Both the position numbers and the translations under genes were made by a program. 64,000 nucleotides of DNA, from assembly GCA_016703545.1 (NCBI GenBank), contig JADJBX010000001.1:643186-707185 (forward strand), given 5' to 3'. The notes below the pieces were generated by a model that made no database searches, was not told the DNA's origin, and saw only the letters and a list, made by a program, of their open reading frames with translations. Below, piece by piece: positions 27,242 to 36,030 of this stretch (positions within the stretch are counted from its first letter, which is position 1; the number at the start of each line of letters is the position of its first letter). The DNA comes from Candidatus Amarobacillus elongatus. GTDB lineage: Bacteria > Chloroflexota > Dehalococcoidia > Tepidiformales > Tepidiformaceae.

Positions 27242-27958
27242 TCAGGCGGAGGTGAAGCAGGCCTGGATGGCGCGAGCGAGATTGGGGTCGCCCGTGAGTT
27301 CGCCGACCTGCTCGGCGGGCGCCTGCCCGCGAACGAAGGCGAAGAAGCCGCTGGCCGTGGTGCGAAGGTGGAGGTCGGCCGTGGGGGTGGCGTTGCGGCG
27401 GGGAAGGAGGTGTCCGTCGCGGATTTCGAAGGTCCAGGCGGTGCAGTTGGTGGATTCGGCGATCTCGACGACCATCGTGGCGGCGATTTCGACGGCCTTT
27501 TCGGCCTTGAATGCAAAAGTAGGGATTACACGTACGACGAAATCGGTGGTTGCCCCCGTGTCGGGATCCTCGGGGTCAAGCGAGCCTACGTGCTGCTTCG
27601 CCCAGTCGATCAGCGACTGAAGGACCGGCCGCACGGCCCAACCCTTTTCGGTGAGCGTGTACTCGATCTGCGGCGGGAGGCCTTTGCGGTGATGCCGTTC
27701 GACCAGTCCATCGTCCTGGAGCCGCTTGAGGCGGTCGGACAGGACGTTTGGGGACATGCCCTGGCAGCTCTCCTGGATTTCGGTGTAGCGGTGCAGGCCG
27801 GACATGAGGTCGCGGAGGATCAGCAGGGTCCAGCGGTCGCCGAGGATATCGAGGGCGCGGGCGATGGTGCAGGGATGGTTGTAGGACTTCCGGTCGTTTT
27901 GGCCCGTGCCGCGGGATTGGTAAGTGCCGTTAACGCTTGCAGGCATGCCTTTACCCAT
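27242..27958 (-). CDS. HxlR-family winged-helix regulator fused to an SCP2-like C-terminal domain
   Basis: CTIARALDILGDRWTLLILRDLMSGLHRYTEIQESCQGMSPNVLSDRLKRLQDDGLVER...YTLTEKG is the HxlR signature. The ~120-aa C-terminal extension ends in an SCP2-like pattern (..GDPNLARAIQ). Confidence 0.82.
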   Translation of the reverse strand: MGKGMPASVNGTYQSRGTGQNDRKSYNHPCTIARALDILGDRWTLLILRDLMSGLHRYTEIQESCQGMSPNVLSDRLKRLQDDGLVERHHRKGLPPQIEYTLTEKGWAVRPVLQSLIDWAKQHVGSLDPEDPDTGATTDFVVRVIPTFAFKAEKAVEIAATMVVEIAESTNCTAWTFEIRDGHLLPRRNATPTADLHLRTTASGFFAFVRGQAPAEQVGELTGDPNLARAIQACFTSA

Positions 27959-27976
27959 TCGATAGCACCGAGACTA

Positions 27977-28004
27977 TTGACTTGATAGTGAGGGGTGGTA
28001 TGCT
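27977..28004 (+). promoter_or_regulatory. Sigma-70-like promoter for the 64-aa gene
   Basis: TTGACT (27977-27982), 16-nt spacer, TATGCT (27999-28004). It lies in an AT-rich divergent region 19 nt from the hxlR-like start. Confidence 0.45.
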
Positions 28005-28094
28005 ACCACTACGAAAACGATAGCTACAGCACTACTCTCACAGAAGCGTACCGGACACGCTTCGGGCGAGTCAACAAGGGAAGGAGTTACCAAG

Positions 28095-28289
28095 ATGCCC
28101 GACACCACCGTCCAGACCCCTGTCGCCCAGGCTTCTCACTCGGATCACCTCCACCGCTGGCGGATCGATGAGCCGAACGGGCCGAAGAGTGCAGGCGTGT
28201 GCAAGATCTGCGGCCAGACCAAGGAATTCCGCAACTGGCTGTCCGACATGGACTTCATCACCAACGAAGAGCACCGGATGGCGGCCTAG
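28095..28289 (+). CDS. Small HxxH/CxxC protein (64 aa), hypothetical
   Basis: ATG 28095 lies 8 nt after GGAAGGAG. Sequence is MPDTTVQTPVAQASHSDHLHRWRIDEPNGPKSAGVCKICGQTKEFRNWLSDMDFITNEEHRMAA. It is followed by a terminator hairpin. Confidence 0.6.
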   Translation: MPDTTVQTPVAQASHSDHLHRWRIDEPNGPKSAGVCKICGQTKEFRNWLSDMDFITNEEHRMAA

Positions 28290-28349
28290 CCGCTGCTCCG
28301 ATTTCGGCGAGCGTCCTGTCCTCTCCCTCGGCGCTCGCTCGCCTCTCCA

Positions 28350-28382
28350 ATCGCCGGCCTCCCTCTCCAGGGGGCCGGCGAT
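28350..28382. terminator. Bidirectional hairpin terminator
   Basis: ATCGCCGGCC-13 nt-GGCCGGCGAT (10-bp stem) followed by TTCCGTTTG. It sits between the convergent 64-aa gene and the CaiB-like gene. Confidence 0.6.
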
Positions 28383-28395
28383 TTCCGTTTGCGGG

Positions 28396-29577
28396 CTAGA
28401 TGACCTTGCGGTCGCGGAGGTGCGCGACGTCCTCCGGCGCGATGCCGAGCAGCTCGGTCAGGACTTCGTTGGTGTGTTCGCCCAGCGCGGGTGCGCCGCG
28501 TTCGACCCTTCCCGGGGTCGCGGTCAGCCGGGGGACGACGCCGGGCTGGAGGACGGAGCCGTACTCCGGGTTCTCCACGGTCAGCACCTGGTCCCGCGCC
28601 TGATAGTGAGGGTCGGAGAGGATGTCGCTGGTGGCGTAGACCTTGGTGGCGGGCACGCCGGCAGCATCGAAGGCGTCCTGGCATTCCGCGAGCGTGTGCA
28701 GGGCCACCCACTCGCCGATGATGGCGTGGATGTCGGCGTGGTTCTCCATGAGCGCCTTCCGCGGGGTGAAGCGCGCATCCCGCACCAGTTCGGGGCGGCC
28801 GATCGCCTCGCAGAGCCGCTCGAAGGCGCGCTGGGTGGTGGCGTTGATGACCAGGTACTGGCCGTCGCTGGTTTCGAACTGCTCGGCGGGGATGACGCCG
28901 GGGAAGTAGTTGCCGGAGCGTTCGCGGTTCTGGCCGCTGCGGCCGTAGCCACCTGCGTGCATGCCGCTCATTCGCCACACGGCTTCGTACAGCGCGACAT
29001 CGACGTCCTGGCCGCGGCCGGTGCGGCGGCGGGCCTCGAGTGCGGCCAGCGCGCCAAAGGCGGCGAACGTTCCGGCCCCGTAATCGGCGACAAAGTAGCC
29101 GGGGCGCACGGGCTGGCGGTCCGGGTAGCCCGTCACGTAGGTGATGCCCGCGAATGCGAGCGCGACCCTATCGAAGCCCGCGCGGTCGCGGTAGGGGCCG
29201 GTCTGGCCGTAGCCGGAGATGCGCACGCAGACGAGGCCGGGGTTCGATTCGCGCAGGGCGTCCGGTCCGATGCCCCAGCTTTCGAGGGTGCCGGGCCGGA
29301 AGTTCTCCACGAGGATGTCGGCGGTATCGCACAGGCGCCGGAAGAGGGCCTGTCCTTCGGCGTGGTGGAGGTCGATGGTCACGGACTTCACGCCGCGGTT
29401 GTCCTGTGAAAAGGAGAGGTTGTCGCGATTCGGGTCACCGATGCCCGGCTGTTCGACTTTGATGACTTCGGCGCCGAATTCGCCGAGCAGGGTGGAACAG
29501 TACGGGGCGGCCAGGATCTGGCCGGTGGTGATGACGCGGATACCTTCGAGGGCGGCGGGCGTGGAGCGTTCGTGCAT
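28396..29577 (-). CDS. CaiB/BaiF family (class III) CoA-transferase
   Basis: Contains LEGIRVITTGQILAAPYCSTLLGEFGAEVIKVEQPG.GDP.R and the later GYGQTGPYRDRAGFD motif. Confidence 0.88.
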   Translation of the reverse strand: MHERSTPAALEGIRVITTGQILAAPYCSTLLGEFGAEVIKVEQPGIGDPNRDNLSFSQDNRGVKSVTIDLHHAEGQALFRRLCDTADILVENFRPGTLESWGIGPDALRESNPGLVCVRISGYGQTGPYRDRAGFDRVALAFAGITYVTGYPDRQPVRPGYFVADYGAGTFAAFGALAALEARRRTGRGQDVDVALYEAVWRMSGMHAGGYGRSGQNRERSGNYFPGVIPAEQFETSDGQYLVINATTQRAFERLCEAIGRPELVRDARFTPRKALMENHADIHAIIGEWVALHTLAECQDAFDAAGVPATKVYATSDILSDPHYQARDQVLTVENPEYGSVLQPGVVPRLTATPGRVERGAPALGEHTNEVLTELLGIAPEDVAHLRDRKVI

Positions 29578-29599
29578 GGCGGGGCGATACTACCGGCCT

Positions 29600-29962
29600 A
29601 TGGCCGGGGGCGGAAACCGCGAGACGTTCTACGACCGGGTGTACGAGCTGGTGCGCCGCTGCCCGCCCGGGCGGGTGATCACCTATGGGCACGTGGCGGT
29701 GGAGCTGGGGGCGCCGATGGCGTCTCGCGCGGTCGGGTACGCGCTCCACAACCTGCCGCCGGGCAGCGACGTGCCGTGGTGGCGGGTGATCAACGCCTCG
29801 GGCGCGATCAGCTTCAAGAACCGCGGCGCGCAGGCCGACCTCCAGCGGGAGCTGCTGGAACGCGAGGGAATCGCCTTCGACCTCGAAGGGCGGACGGACC
29901 TGGGGAGATTCCGCTGGTGGCCGCAGGAGGATGCGGGCGCCCCCGGCACGGAACCGGGTTAG
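29600..29962 (+). CDS. MGMT-fold alkyltransferase-like (ATL) protein lacking the acceptor cysteine
   Basis: Contains FYDRVYELVRRCPPGRVITYGHVA...GYALHNLP...VPWWRVINASG. The position of the PCHRV active-site Cys is Trp, as in ATL proteins. An alternative ATG at 29576 would overlap the divergent CaiB start codon. Confidence 0.72.
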   Translation: MAGGGNRETFYDRVYELVRRCPPGRVITYGHVAVELGAPMASRAVGYALHNLPPGSDVPWWRVINASGAISFKNRGAQADLQRELLEREGIAFDLEGRTDLGRFRWWPQEDAGAPGTEPG

Positions 29963-30612
29963 AGCAGGTTCCGGTAGATCGAGACCTGGCTCGTGAGGAA
30001 CACCATGCACTCGCGCGTGGCCTTACGCAGGGCGGCGAAGTCGGCGTCCTTCTGGGCCATCTCGTCGAACTTTTCGAGATCGGCGAGGGTGTCGAACTCG
30101 GCCACGACCTGGATGCCGCTGGTCTGACCGGTGACGGCGGTCCAGACGCTCGTGACGGCATCGATCCCGCGCTGCTTCTGGTATTCGAGGGCGAGGGAGA
30201 TGGCGAGCACGAACTCACGGTGCTTGCCGGGCTTCACTTCGCCGCTGAGGGTGCGCATGAAGCGGCGCGGCGCCGTCGCCTCCTCGGAGGAGTAGAGCCC
30301 CTCGGAGTGGTAGGCCATGCGGTGGATGGAGACGTCGTTGTGGTCGAAGAGCATGTTGGTGCGCACGCCGCGGCGAACGGCGGCGAAGCTCGCATCCTCC
30401 GATGAGAGGTCGGCGAAGCGTTCGAGGTCTTCCATCGTGTTGAAGTCGCTGGCGATGACGACGGCGTTCGTCTGGCCGGTCATCGAGCCCCAGATGGTGG
30501 TGCGGGCGCGGATGCCACGCTGCTCCTGATGCGTGCGCGCTTCGCGCATTGCTTCGAGGAAGCTGGCGGTCTTCCCCTGGTCGATGATGCCGGCGAAGAT
30601 CCTTCGGTACAT
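29959..30612 (-). CDS. Hypothetical protein made of two tandem ~105-aa alpha+beta (Dabb/NIPSNAP-like) domains
   Basis: An internal duplication is visible: ...EQRGIRARTTIWGSMTGQTNAVVIASDFNTMEDLERFADL versus ...KQRGIDAVTSVWTAVTGQTSGIQVVAEFDTLADLEKFDEM. Confidence 0.65.
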   Translation of the reverse strand: MYRRIFAGIIDQGKTASFLEAMREARTHQEQRGIRARTTIWGSMTGQTNAVVIASDFNTMEDLERFADLSSEDASFAAVRRGVRTNMLFDHNDVSIHRMAYHSEGLYSSEEATAPRRFMRTLSGEVKPGKHREFVLAISLALEYQKQRGIDAVTSVWTAVTGQTSGIQVVAEFDTLADLEKFDEMAQKDADFAALRKATRECMVFLTSQVSIYRNLL

Positions 30613-30737
30613 GGCTTCCTCGTGCGCCTCGCCGGTGTGCGCGCCGGTACGGGCAGCGCGAGTTTACCAGAGGCGGGCCTTTGCATCGCCGGGGTGCTGC
30701 TCAAGGGGTGAGCACCCACAGCCGATAACGTTACGGA

Positions 30738-32375
30738 GTGCGCCTTTTCGCGCCATCGCAACGGAGATCTGCATTGGAGACGACCTTCGCCCGTGTTCAC
30801 CGGTGGCGGCCGGCGCCGGGGCTCGCGCGCTCGCGCGACGTCATCCTCGCGGTGGCGCTGCTGGCCGGGTTCCCCGCGCTGTTCGTGCTATTGCGCGCGT
30901 TCCCGGCCATCGACCTCACATTCGGCTCGGGGAGTTCGCACTTCGTGGTCGTGAGCCTGGTGGCGGCGCTCGCGGCGGTGCTCGCGCTCGCGGTGCTGGT
31001 GGCGGCGCAACACGTCCCCGATGGGCGCACGACGCTGTTGGCGCTGGGGTTCGTGGCGATGGCGACCATCTTCCTCGCGCACGGGCTCGGCACCTCGCCG
31101 CTGTTCGACCAGCGCAGCACGAGCGGCGCGCACGCGGGGCACGCCGTGACCGCCCCCGTCACGTACGGCGGCGTTGAGGAGGTGGCGGCGCCCGTGGGAC
31201 CGCCGCCGGGGCTGGAGACGCGAATCGCGCGGCTGAAGGTGGTCGGCTATTCGGCGCAACTGAGCCTGCTCGTCAGCGCGGTGTTCTTCGCGCTCGCGAC
31301 GGTGGACCTCCCGGAGCGGGTGAGCCGGTTCATTGTGCGGCGGCGGCTGGCACTGGCGGCGGTGGTTGGCCTGGCGCTGACCGCGCACCTCGCGGTCGCG
31401 CTGTGGTGGCCGAAGACGATGAGCCCGCTGCCGCTGGCGACCAACCCGGTGCGGCTCATCGTCGCGGGGCTCGCGATGAGCGCGCTGTTCTTCGCCGGCG
31501 AGCGGTTCCTGCAGGCGCACCGGCTCGCGTACCTGCCGTTGCAGGGGGCGATGGCAGCGGGGATGGGCCTGCTCATCGAAGCGCAGGTGTTCATGCTCGA
31601 AGGCGAGCTCTGGCACGTGTCGTGGTGGCTGTACCACTTCGCCATGCTCGCGGGGTTCCTGCTCGCGGCGGGGTCGCTGTACTGGCAGTACCGGGTGACG
31701 GGCGACCTCGGCGCCATTGTCGAGGGCTTGTTCCTGCGGCGGCAGGTGGCGGGCATCCGTTCGCGCGATCCGCGGGCGATGCACGCGTTGGGCGCTGCCA
31801 TCGCCGCCAAGGACACGGAGACCGCCGGGCACATCGAGCGCGTGGGCGAACTGACGGTGATGGTGGGCGCACGCATGGGCATCGCGCGGGACCGCATGGA
31901 GCCGCTCCGGCTCGCGGGCCGGCTGCACGATATTGGGAAGCTGGGCGTGCCGAACAGCATCCTCCGCAAGCCCGGCGCGCTCACGCCCGAGGAGTTCGAC
32001 GTCGTGAAGCGGCATACCGTCCGCGGCTGGCATCTTGCCGTGCGATCGGAAGCGCTGGCGGGGGTGGCCCCGATTATCCGCGCTCACCACGAACGGATGG
32101 ACGGGCGCGGCTACCCGGACGGGCTGAAGGGCGATGAGATCCCGCTGGAGGCGCGGATCGTGGCGGTCAGCGACGTCTGGGACGCGCTCACCTGCGACCG
32201 CCCGTACCGGAAGGCGATGGCGTGGCAGGCGGCGGCGGCGATCATGGCGAAAGACGCCGGTCCGCACCTCGATCCGGACTGCGTGGAGGCGCTGTTCGAA
32301 GTGCTGGGACTGCCGGACCTCGCGCGGTTGAGCGACCAGCGGAACGACCCCACGGAGCTGCGGCGAGCCGCCTGA
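30738..32375 (+). CDS. Multi-pass membrane sensor with C-terminal HD-GYP domain (probable c-di-GMP phosphodiesterase)
   Basis: About 330 aa of hydrophobic helices, then ...TAGHIERVGEL...RLHDIGKLGVP...HHERMDGRGYPDGL... (HD and GYP motifs). The start (GTG 30738) is uncertain. Confidence 0.85.
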   Translation: MRLFAPSQRRSALETTFARVHRWRPAPGLARSRDVILAVALLAGFPALFVLLRAFPAIDLTFGSGSSHFVVVSLVAALAAVLALAVLVAAQHVPDGRTTLLALGFVAMATIFLAHGLGTSPLFDQRSTSGAHAGHAVTAPVTYGGVEEVAAPVGPPPGLETRIARLKVVGYSAQLSLLVSAVFFALATVDLPERVSRFIVRRRLALAAVVGLALTAHLAVALWWPKTMSPLPLATNPVRLIVAGLAMSALFFAGERFLQAHRLAYLPLQGAMAAGMGLLIEAQVFMLEGELWHVSWWLYHFAMLAGFLLAAGSLYWQYRVTGDLGAIVEGLFLRRQVAGIRSRDPRAMHALGAAIAAKDTETAGHIERVGELTVMVGARMGIARDRMEPLRLAGRLHDIGKLGVPNSILRKPGALTPEEFDVVKRHTVRGWHLAVRSEALAGVAPIIRAHHERMDGRGYPDGLKGDEIPLEARIVAVSDVWDALTCDRPYRKAMAWQAAAAIMAKDAGPHLDPDCVEALFEVLGLPDLARLSDQRNDPTELRRAA

Positions 32376-32436
32376 CCCACCGACGGGGCACCTCCGGACC
32401 TGCCCGGGGCTTGCACCTCGGGTAGACGATGGCGGC

Positions 32437-34022
32437 ATGGAACAGGGCGAACTGGTCCGGTGGCTCGCGGCGCCCGGCGTGCTCCCGGGGAGCGCGGACG
32501 GGGTGGAGGTGCGCGAGACGCACGCCTCGGTGGTGTTCCTCACCCGCGAACGCGCGTTCAAGCTGAAGAAGCCGGTGGACTTCGGGTTCCTCGATTACAG
32601 CACGCCGGGCCGGCGGCTGCGCATGTGCCGCCGAGAGGTCGCGCTCAACCGGCGGCTGGCGCCCGGCGTGTACCTGGGCGTGCGGGCGGTGCGCGAGGGC
32701 CCCGGCGGCGCGCCGTGCATCGGGGGCCGGGGGCGCGTGATCGACCACCTTGTGGAAATGCGCCGACTCGCGGACGAGGATTCCCTGGCGGCACGACTGG
32801 CCCTCGGTGAAGCCGGGGAGGCGGAGTGCCGGGCAGTCGCCGCCGCTATTGCCCGGTTCCACGCCACCGCCCCCGCGGGGGAGGCGCGCCGGGGGCGCGT
32901 GCCGGCCGTGCGCGTGAGCGTGATGGAGAACTTCCGCCAGCTCGCCGAGATGCCCGGCGTGGCCATGCCGGCCGAATTCCAGGCCGCGCTGCGGGCGAAG
33001 GCAGCCCGGTTCCTTCGCGACTCGCGCCGGGTGCTGGCCGCCCGCGCGGCTGCGGGGGCGGTGCGCGAATGTCACGGCGACCTGCGCGCGGAACACGTCT
33101 ACCTCACGGCGGGCGACGGCATCGAGGTGATCGACTGCATCGAGTTCAATCGCCGCCTGAGCGAAATCGACGTCGCCGCGGACATCGCCTTCCTCGTCAT
33201 GGACGTGGCGGCGGCCGGCCATTGGCACGAGGCAGGCGCCATCGCCGAGGAGTATCGCGAGCGGTCGGGCGACGCGCTGGAGGGCGTGTTGGAGTTCTAC
33301 GCCGCGTACCGGGCGGTGGTGCGGGCGAAGGTGGCGGGCCTGTTCGCATCCGGCCACGCGCCCGATGACCCCGCCCGTGAGAACGCGCTGATTGAGGCGA
33401 GGCGGTACGCATGGGCCGCACTCGAGTTCGCGACGCCCCCCCGCCGCCCGGTCCTCGCGATCACGGGCGGGCTGACGGGGACGGGGAAGAGCTGGCTGGC
33501 GGAACCGCTCGCGGCCGTGCTCGCGGCGGAACGGCTGAACGCGGACCGCGTTCGAAAGGAGCTGGGGGCCGTGCCAGCAGGCGTGCGCGTACCGGCCGGT
33601 CCCGACGAAGGGCTCTACCGGCCGGAGATGAACGTGGCGGTGTACGGCGCGCTGCTGGAGCGGGCGGCGACCGCACTCGCGGCGGGTCGCAACGTAGTGC
33701 TGGACGGGACCTTCCGCCGCGAGGGGGACCGCGCGGCCGCGGCCGCGGTCGCCGCCGCGGCGGCGCGCTGTTCTTCGCGATCGAATGCACCGCGCCTGCG
33801 GAAGAAGTGAGGCGCCGGCTGGACCGGCGCCAGGCCGAGGGCAGCGACCCATGGTCCGACGGGCGGTGGGAGGTGTACCTCGCGCAGGCCGCGGCTGCGG
33901 AGCGATGGCCGGAGAGCGACGGGGCCGCCGGGATCCGCGTTGACACCACGGCGCCGCGCGTCACGGTGCTGGACGCCGTGCTGACCGCGATGGCGGGCAC
34001 GTTCGGGCTGCTGGACGACTGA
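32437..34022 (+). pseudogene. Bifunctional aminoglycoside-phosphotransferase-like / P-loop ATPase protein; frameshifted as sequenced
   Basis: ORF 32437..33810 carries the APH-like domain (HGDLRAEHVYL) and the P-loop GGLTGTGKSWLA. Its last ~15 codons are nonsense. The conserved C-terminus ...ALFFAIECTAPAEEVRRRLDRRQAEGSDPWSDGRWEVY... continues in ORF 33411..34022. The junction is in the GCG/GCC repeat at about 33755-33768. Span length is 3n+2, so one base is missing. Confidence 0.78.
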
Positions 34023-34066
34023 GGGGGCGGGCCCGCTCGCGCGAGCCCGCCAACGTTTGTGCGGGC

Positions 34067-35227
34067 CTACCCGGGGATCGCGGTGACGATGGACGGGAGG
34101 CGCCGCGCGAGGATGTCGGCGGCTTCGGCCACCATGTCGTAGAGGATGTCGGCGGCCGGCCGGGACTTCGTGAGCATGCCGGAGATCTGGCCGGCGGCGT
34201 TCATCATGAGGTCGTCGCGGCCGGCGGCTCGTACGGAGTTCAGGAGGTCACCGGTGAGGGCGCCCTGCAACCCCATGGGCATCGCCGGGATGCTCGCGGC
34301 CTCCCATGCCTCGATGAGCGGGTTCGTGATGTTGCGCATGGTCTTGCCGCTGTAGAGCTTCGTGATGCGGGTGTCTTCGTCAGTGGCGGCGAGGATGCGC
34401 TGCTTCTGGATCTCGGGCTGGTTCGCTTCGTTCGAAACAAGGAAGGCGGTGCCGCACCAGACGCCGATCGCGCCGAGCGCGAGGGCGGCGGCGAGCCCGC
34501 GGCCATCGGCAATGCCGCCGGCGGCGACGACGGGCGTCGGGGACACGGAGTCGACGACCTGGGGGATGAGCGCCATGGTGGCGACGCGGCCCGTATGACC
34601 GCCCGCTTCGGTCCCCTGCGCGACGACGACATCGACGCCGGCGGCAGCGACGCGCTTCGCGTTCTTCGTGTTGCCGACGAGGGAGAGGACCTTCGTGCCG
34701 TTGGCGTGGAGGCGATCGAGCCAGGGCGCGGGCGTCCCGAGCCCGGCGGCGAAGACGGGCACCTTCTCATCGATGACGACTTCCATCTGGTCATCGGACA
34801 TGCCGCCGCCCTGGCGGCGGTTCGCCAGCGGGCTGTTGACCTGCTCGACGGGCTTCCATTCGATACCGAGGTCGTCCGCGATCTTGCGCATGCCGGCCTT
34901 GCTGGATTCGGGGATCAGTTCGCGGGGGTCGCGTGGGATTTCACCGCTGGCGGCGCCCCCGAGGAAGTTCGACGGAAGGAGGAGGTCGACGCCGAAGGGC
35001 TTATCGGTCATGGAACGCACCTTCGCGATCTCCTCGCGCAGGCGGTCGGGGCTGAAGCCGGCGCCACCGATGACGCCAAGGCCGCCGGCATTGGAGACGG
35101 CGGCGGTGAGCTCAGCGAGCGCGACGGCACGGGAACCGCCGCCGACGGGACCCATACCCGCGGAAATGACGGGGTACTCGATGCCGAGGAGGTCGCAAAG
35201 GGGAGTGCGCAGGATGGGCCGGGCCAT
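34067..35227 (-). CDS. Nitronate monooxygenase (NMO / 2-nitropropane dioxygenase family)
   Basis: Contains LLGIEYPVISAGMGPV...AVSNAGGLGVIG...VVAQGTEAGGHTG... Confidence 0.88.
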   Translation of the reverse strand: MARPILRTPLCDLLGIEYPVISAGMGPVGGGSRAVALAELTAAVSNAGGLGVIGGAGFSPDRLREEIAKVRSMTDKPFGVDLLLPSNFLGGAASGEIPRDPRELIPESSKAGMRKIADDLGIEWKPVEQVNSPLANRRQGGGMSDDQMEVVIDEKVPVFAAGLGTPAPWLDRLHANGTKVLSLVGNTKNAKRVAAAGVDVVVAQGTEAGGHTGRVATMALIPQVVDSVSPTPVVAAGGIADGRGLAAALALGAIGVWCGTAFLVSNEANQPEIQKQRILAATDEDTRITKLYSGKTMRNITNPLIEAWEAASIPAMPMGLQGALTGDLLNSVRAAGRDDLMMNAAGQISGMLTKSRPAADILYDMVAEAADILARRLPSIVTAIPG

Positions 35228-35265
35228 GGAGGGAACCTCGCGGTGGTGTGGCCGCGACTATACGC

Positions 35266-35698
35266 TCAGGCCGGGAAAATGGACGCGAGTGGGAGGGCGA
35301 AGCCGGGGACGTCGAAGGAGGCGTCGTCGCTCGTGAGGACGGCGCCAGCGCCGTGGGTAGTGGCGGTGCCATCCGGGCGGCGAACGGTGATCTGCTTCCG
35401 TTCGGGCCAGACGAGCCAGACCCTGCGGGCGCCTGCCGCGAAGTACTGGGCGACCTTGTCCTCGATGTCGGTGGCGATTTCGGAGGGGGAGATGACTTCG
35501 ACCGCAAGGTCGGGCGCCATGGGGACGAACTCGGGGCCGAAGGACTCGCCGCCGAGGCGCGCGAAGGAGATGAAGGCGACATCGGGGAGGGCCAGGCATG
35601 GGGACCACCCTCCCGCGCACGAGCTCCGTCCTGGTCTCTTCGCAGTCCGGAAGTGCGGCGTACTCGGCGGCGGTAAGCAGGGTCTCGACGCTGGTCAT
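35266..35698 (-). pseudogene. Uma2-family (DUF820) endonuclease remnant: internal deletion plus frameshift
   Basis: The N-terminus MTSVETLLTAAEYAALPD..TELVRGRVVPMP (ATG 35698) and the C-terminal part PDVAFISFARL...APDLAVEVISPSE...AGARRVWLVWPE are in different frames, shifted near 35590-35600. They are separated by only ~5 codons. The segment normally found between these motifs in the family is absent. Confidence 0.65.
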
Positions 35699-35830
35699 GG
35701 GGAGAGTATATACCGCAGCGGCATGGTGAGGGTCGCGACAAAACCCGCAAGGAAGGGGTCTGGCTGTTCGCGCGAGGGATATGGCGTGTGGCCGACGATG
35801 CCGGGAACACCGCGCGAAGGAGGCTTCGAG

Positions 35831-35959
35831 ATGGCACACAACGGACCGCACTGCGCCCACTGCAACGTCGAGATCCAGGACCGATCGTCGATGGTGGAGC
35901 GGAACGGGAAGCAGTTCTGCTGCAACAACTGCGCGATGGCGATGAGCAGCGGCGGCTGA
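35831..35959 (+). CDS. Small TRASH-type metal-binding protein (42 aa)
   Basis: ATG 35831 lies 7 nt after AAGGAGG. MAHNGPHCAHCNVEIQDRSSMVERNGKQFCCNNCAMAMSSGG fits C-x2-C-x18-C-x3-C. A terminator hairpin follows. Confidence 0.55.
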   Translation: MAHNGPHCAHCNVEIQDRSSMVERNGKQFCCNNCAMAMSSGG

Positions 35960-35980
35960 ATGCCAGCCGCGGGAACGGGA

Positions 35981-36007
35981 ACGGGCCGCCCATGTAGGGC
36001 GGCCCGT
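35981..36007. terminator. Bidirectional hairpin between the TRASH ORF and serA
   Basis: ACGGGCCGCCC-atgta-GGGCGGCCCGT, a perfect 11-bp stem followed by TCGCGTGT. Confidence 0.55.
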
Positions 36008-36030
36008 TCGCGTGTCCGAGGTGGCGAAGA

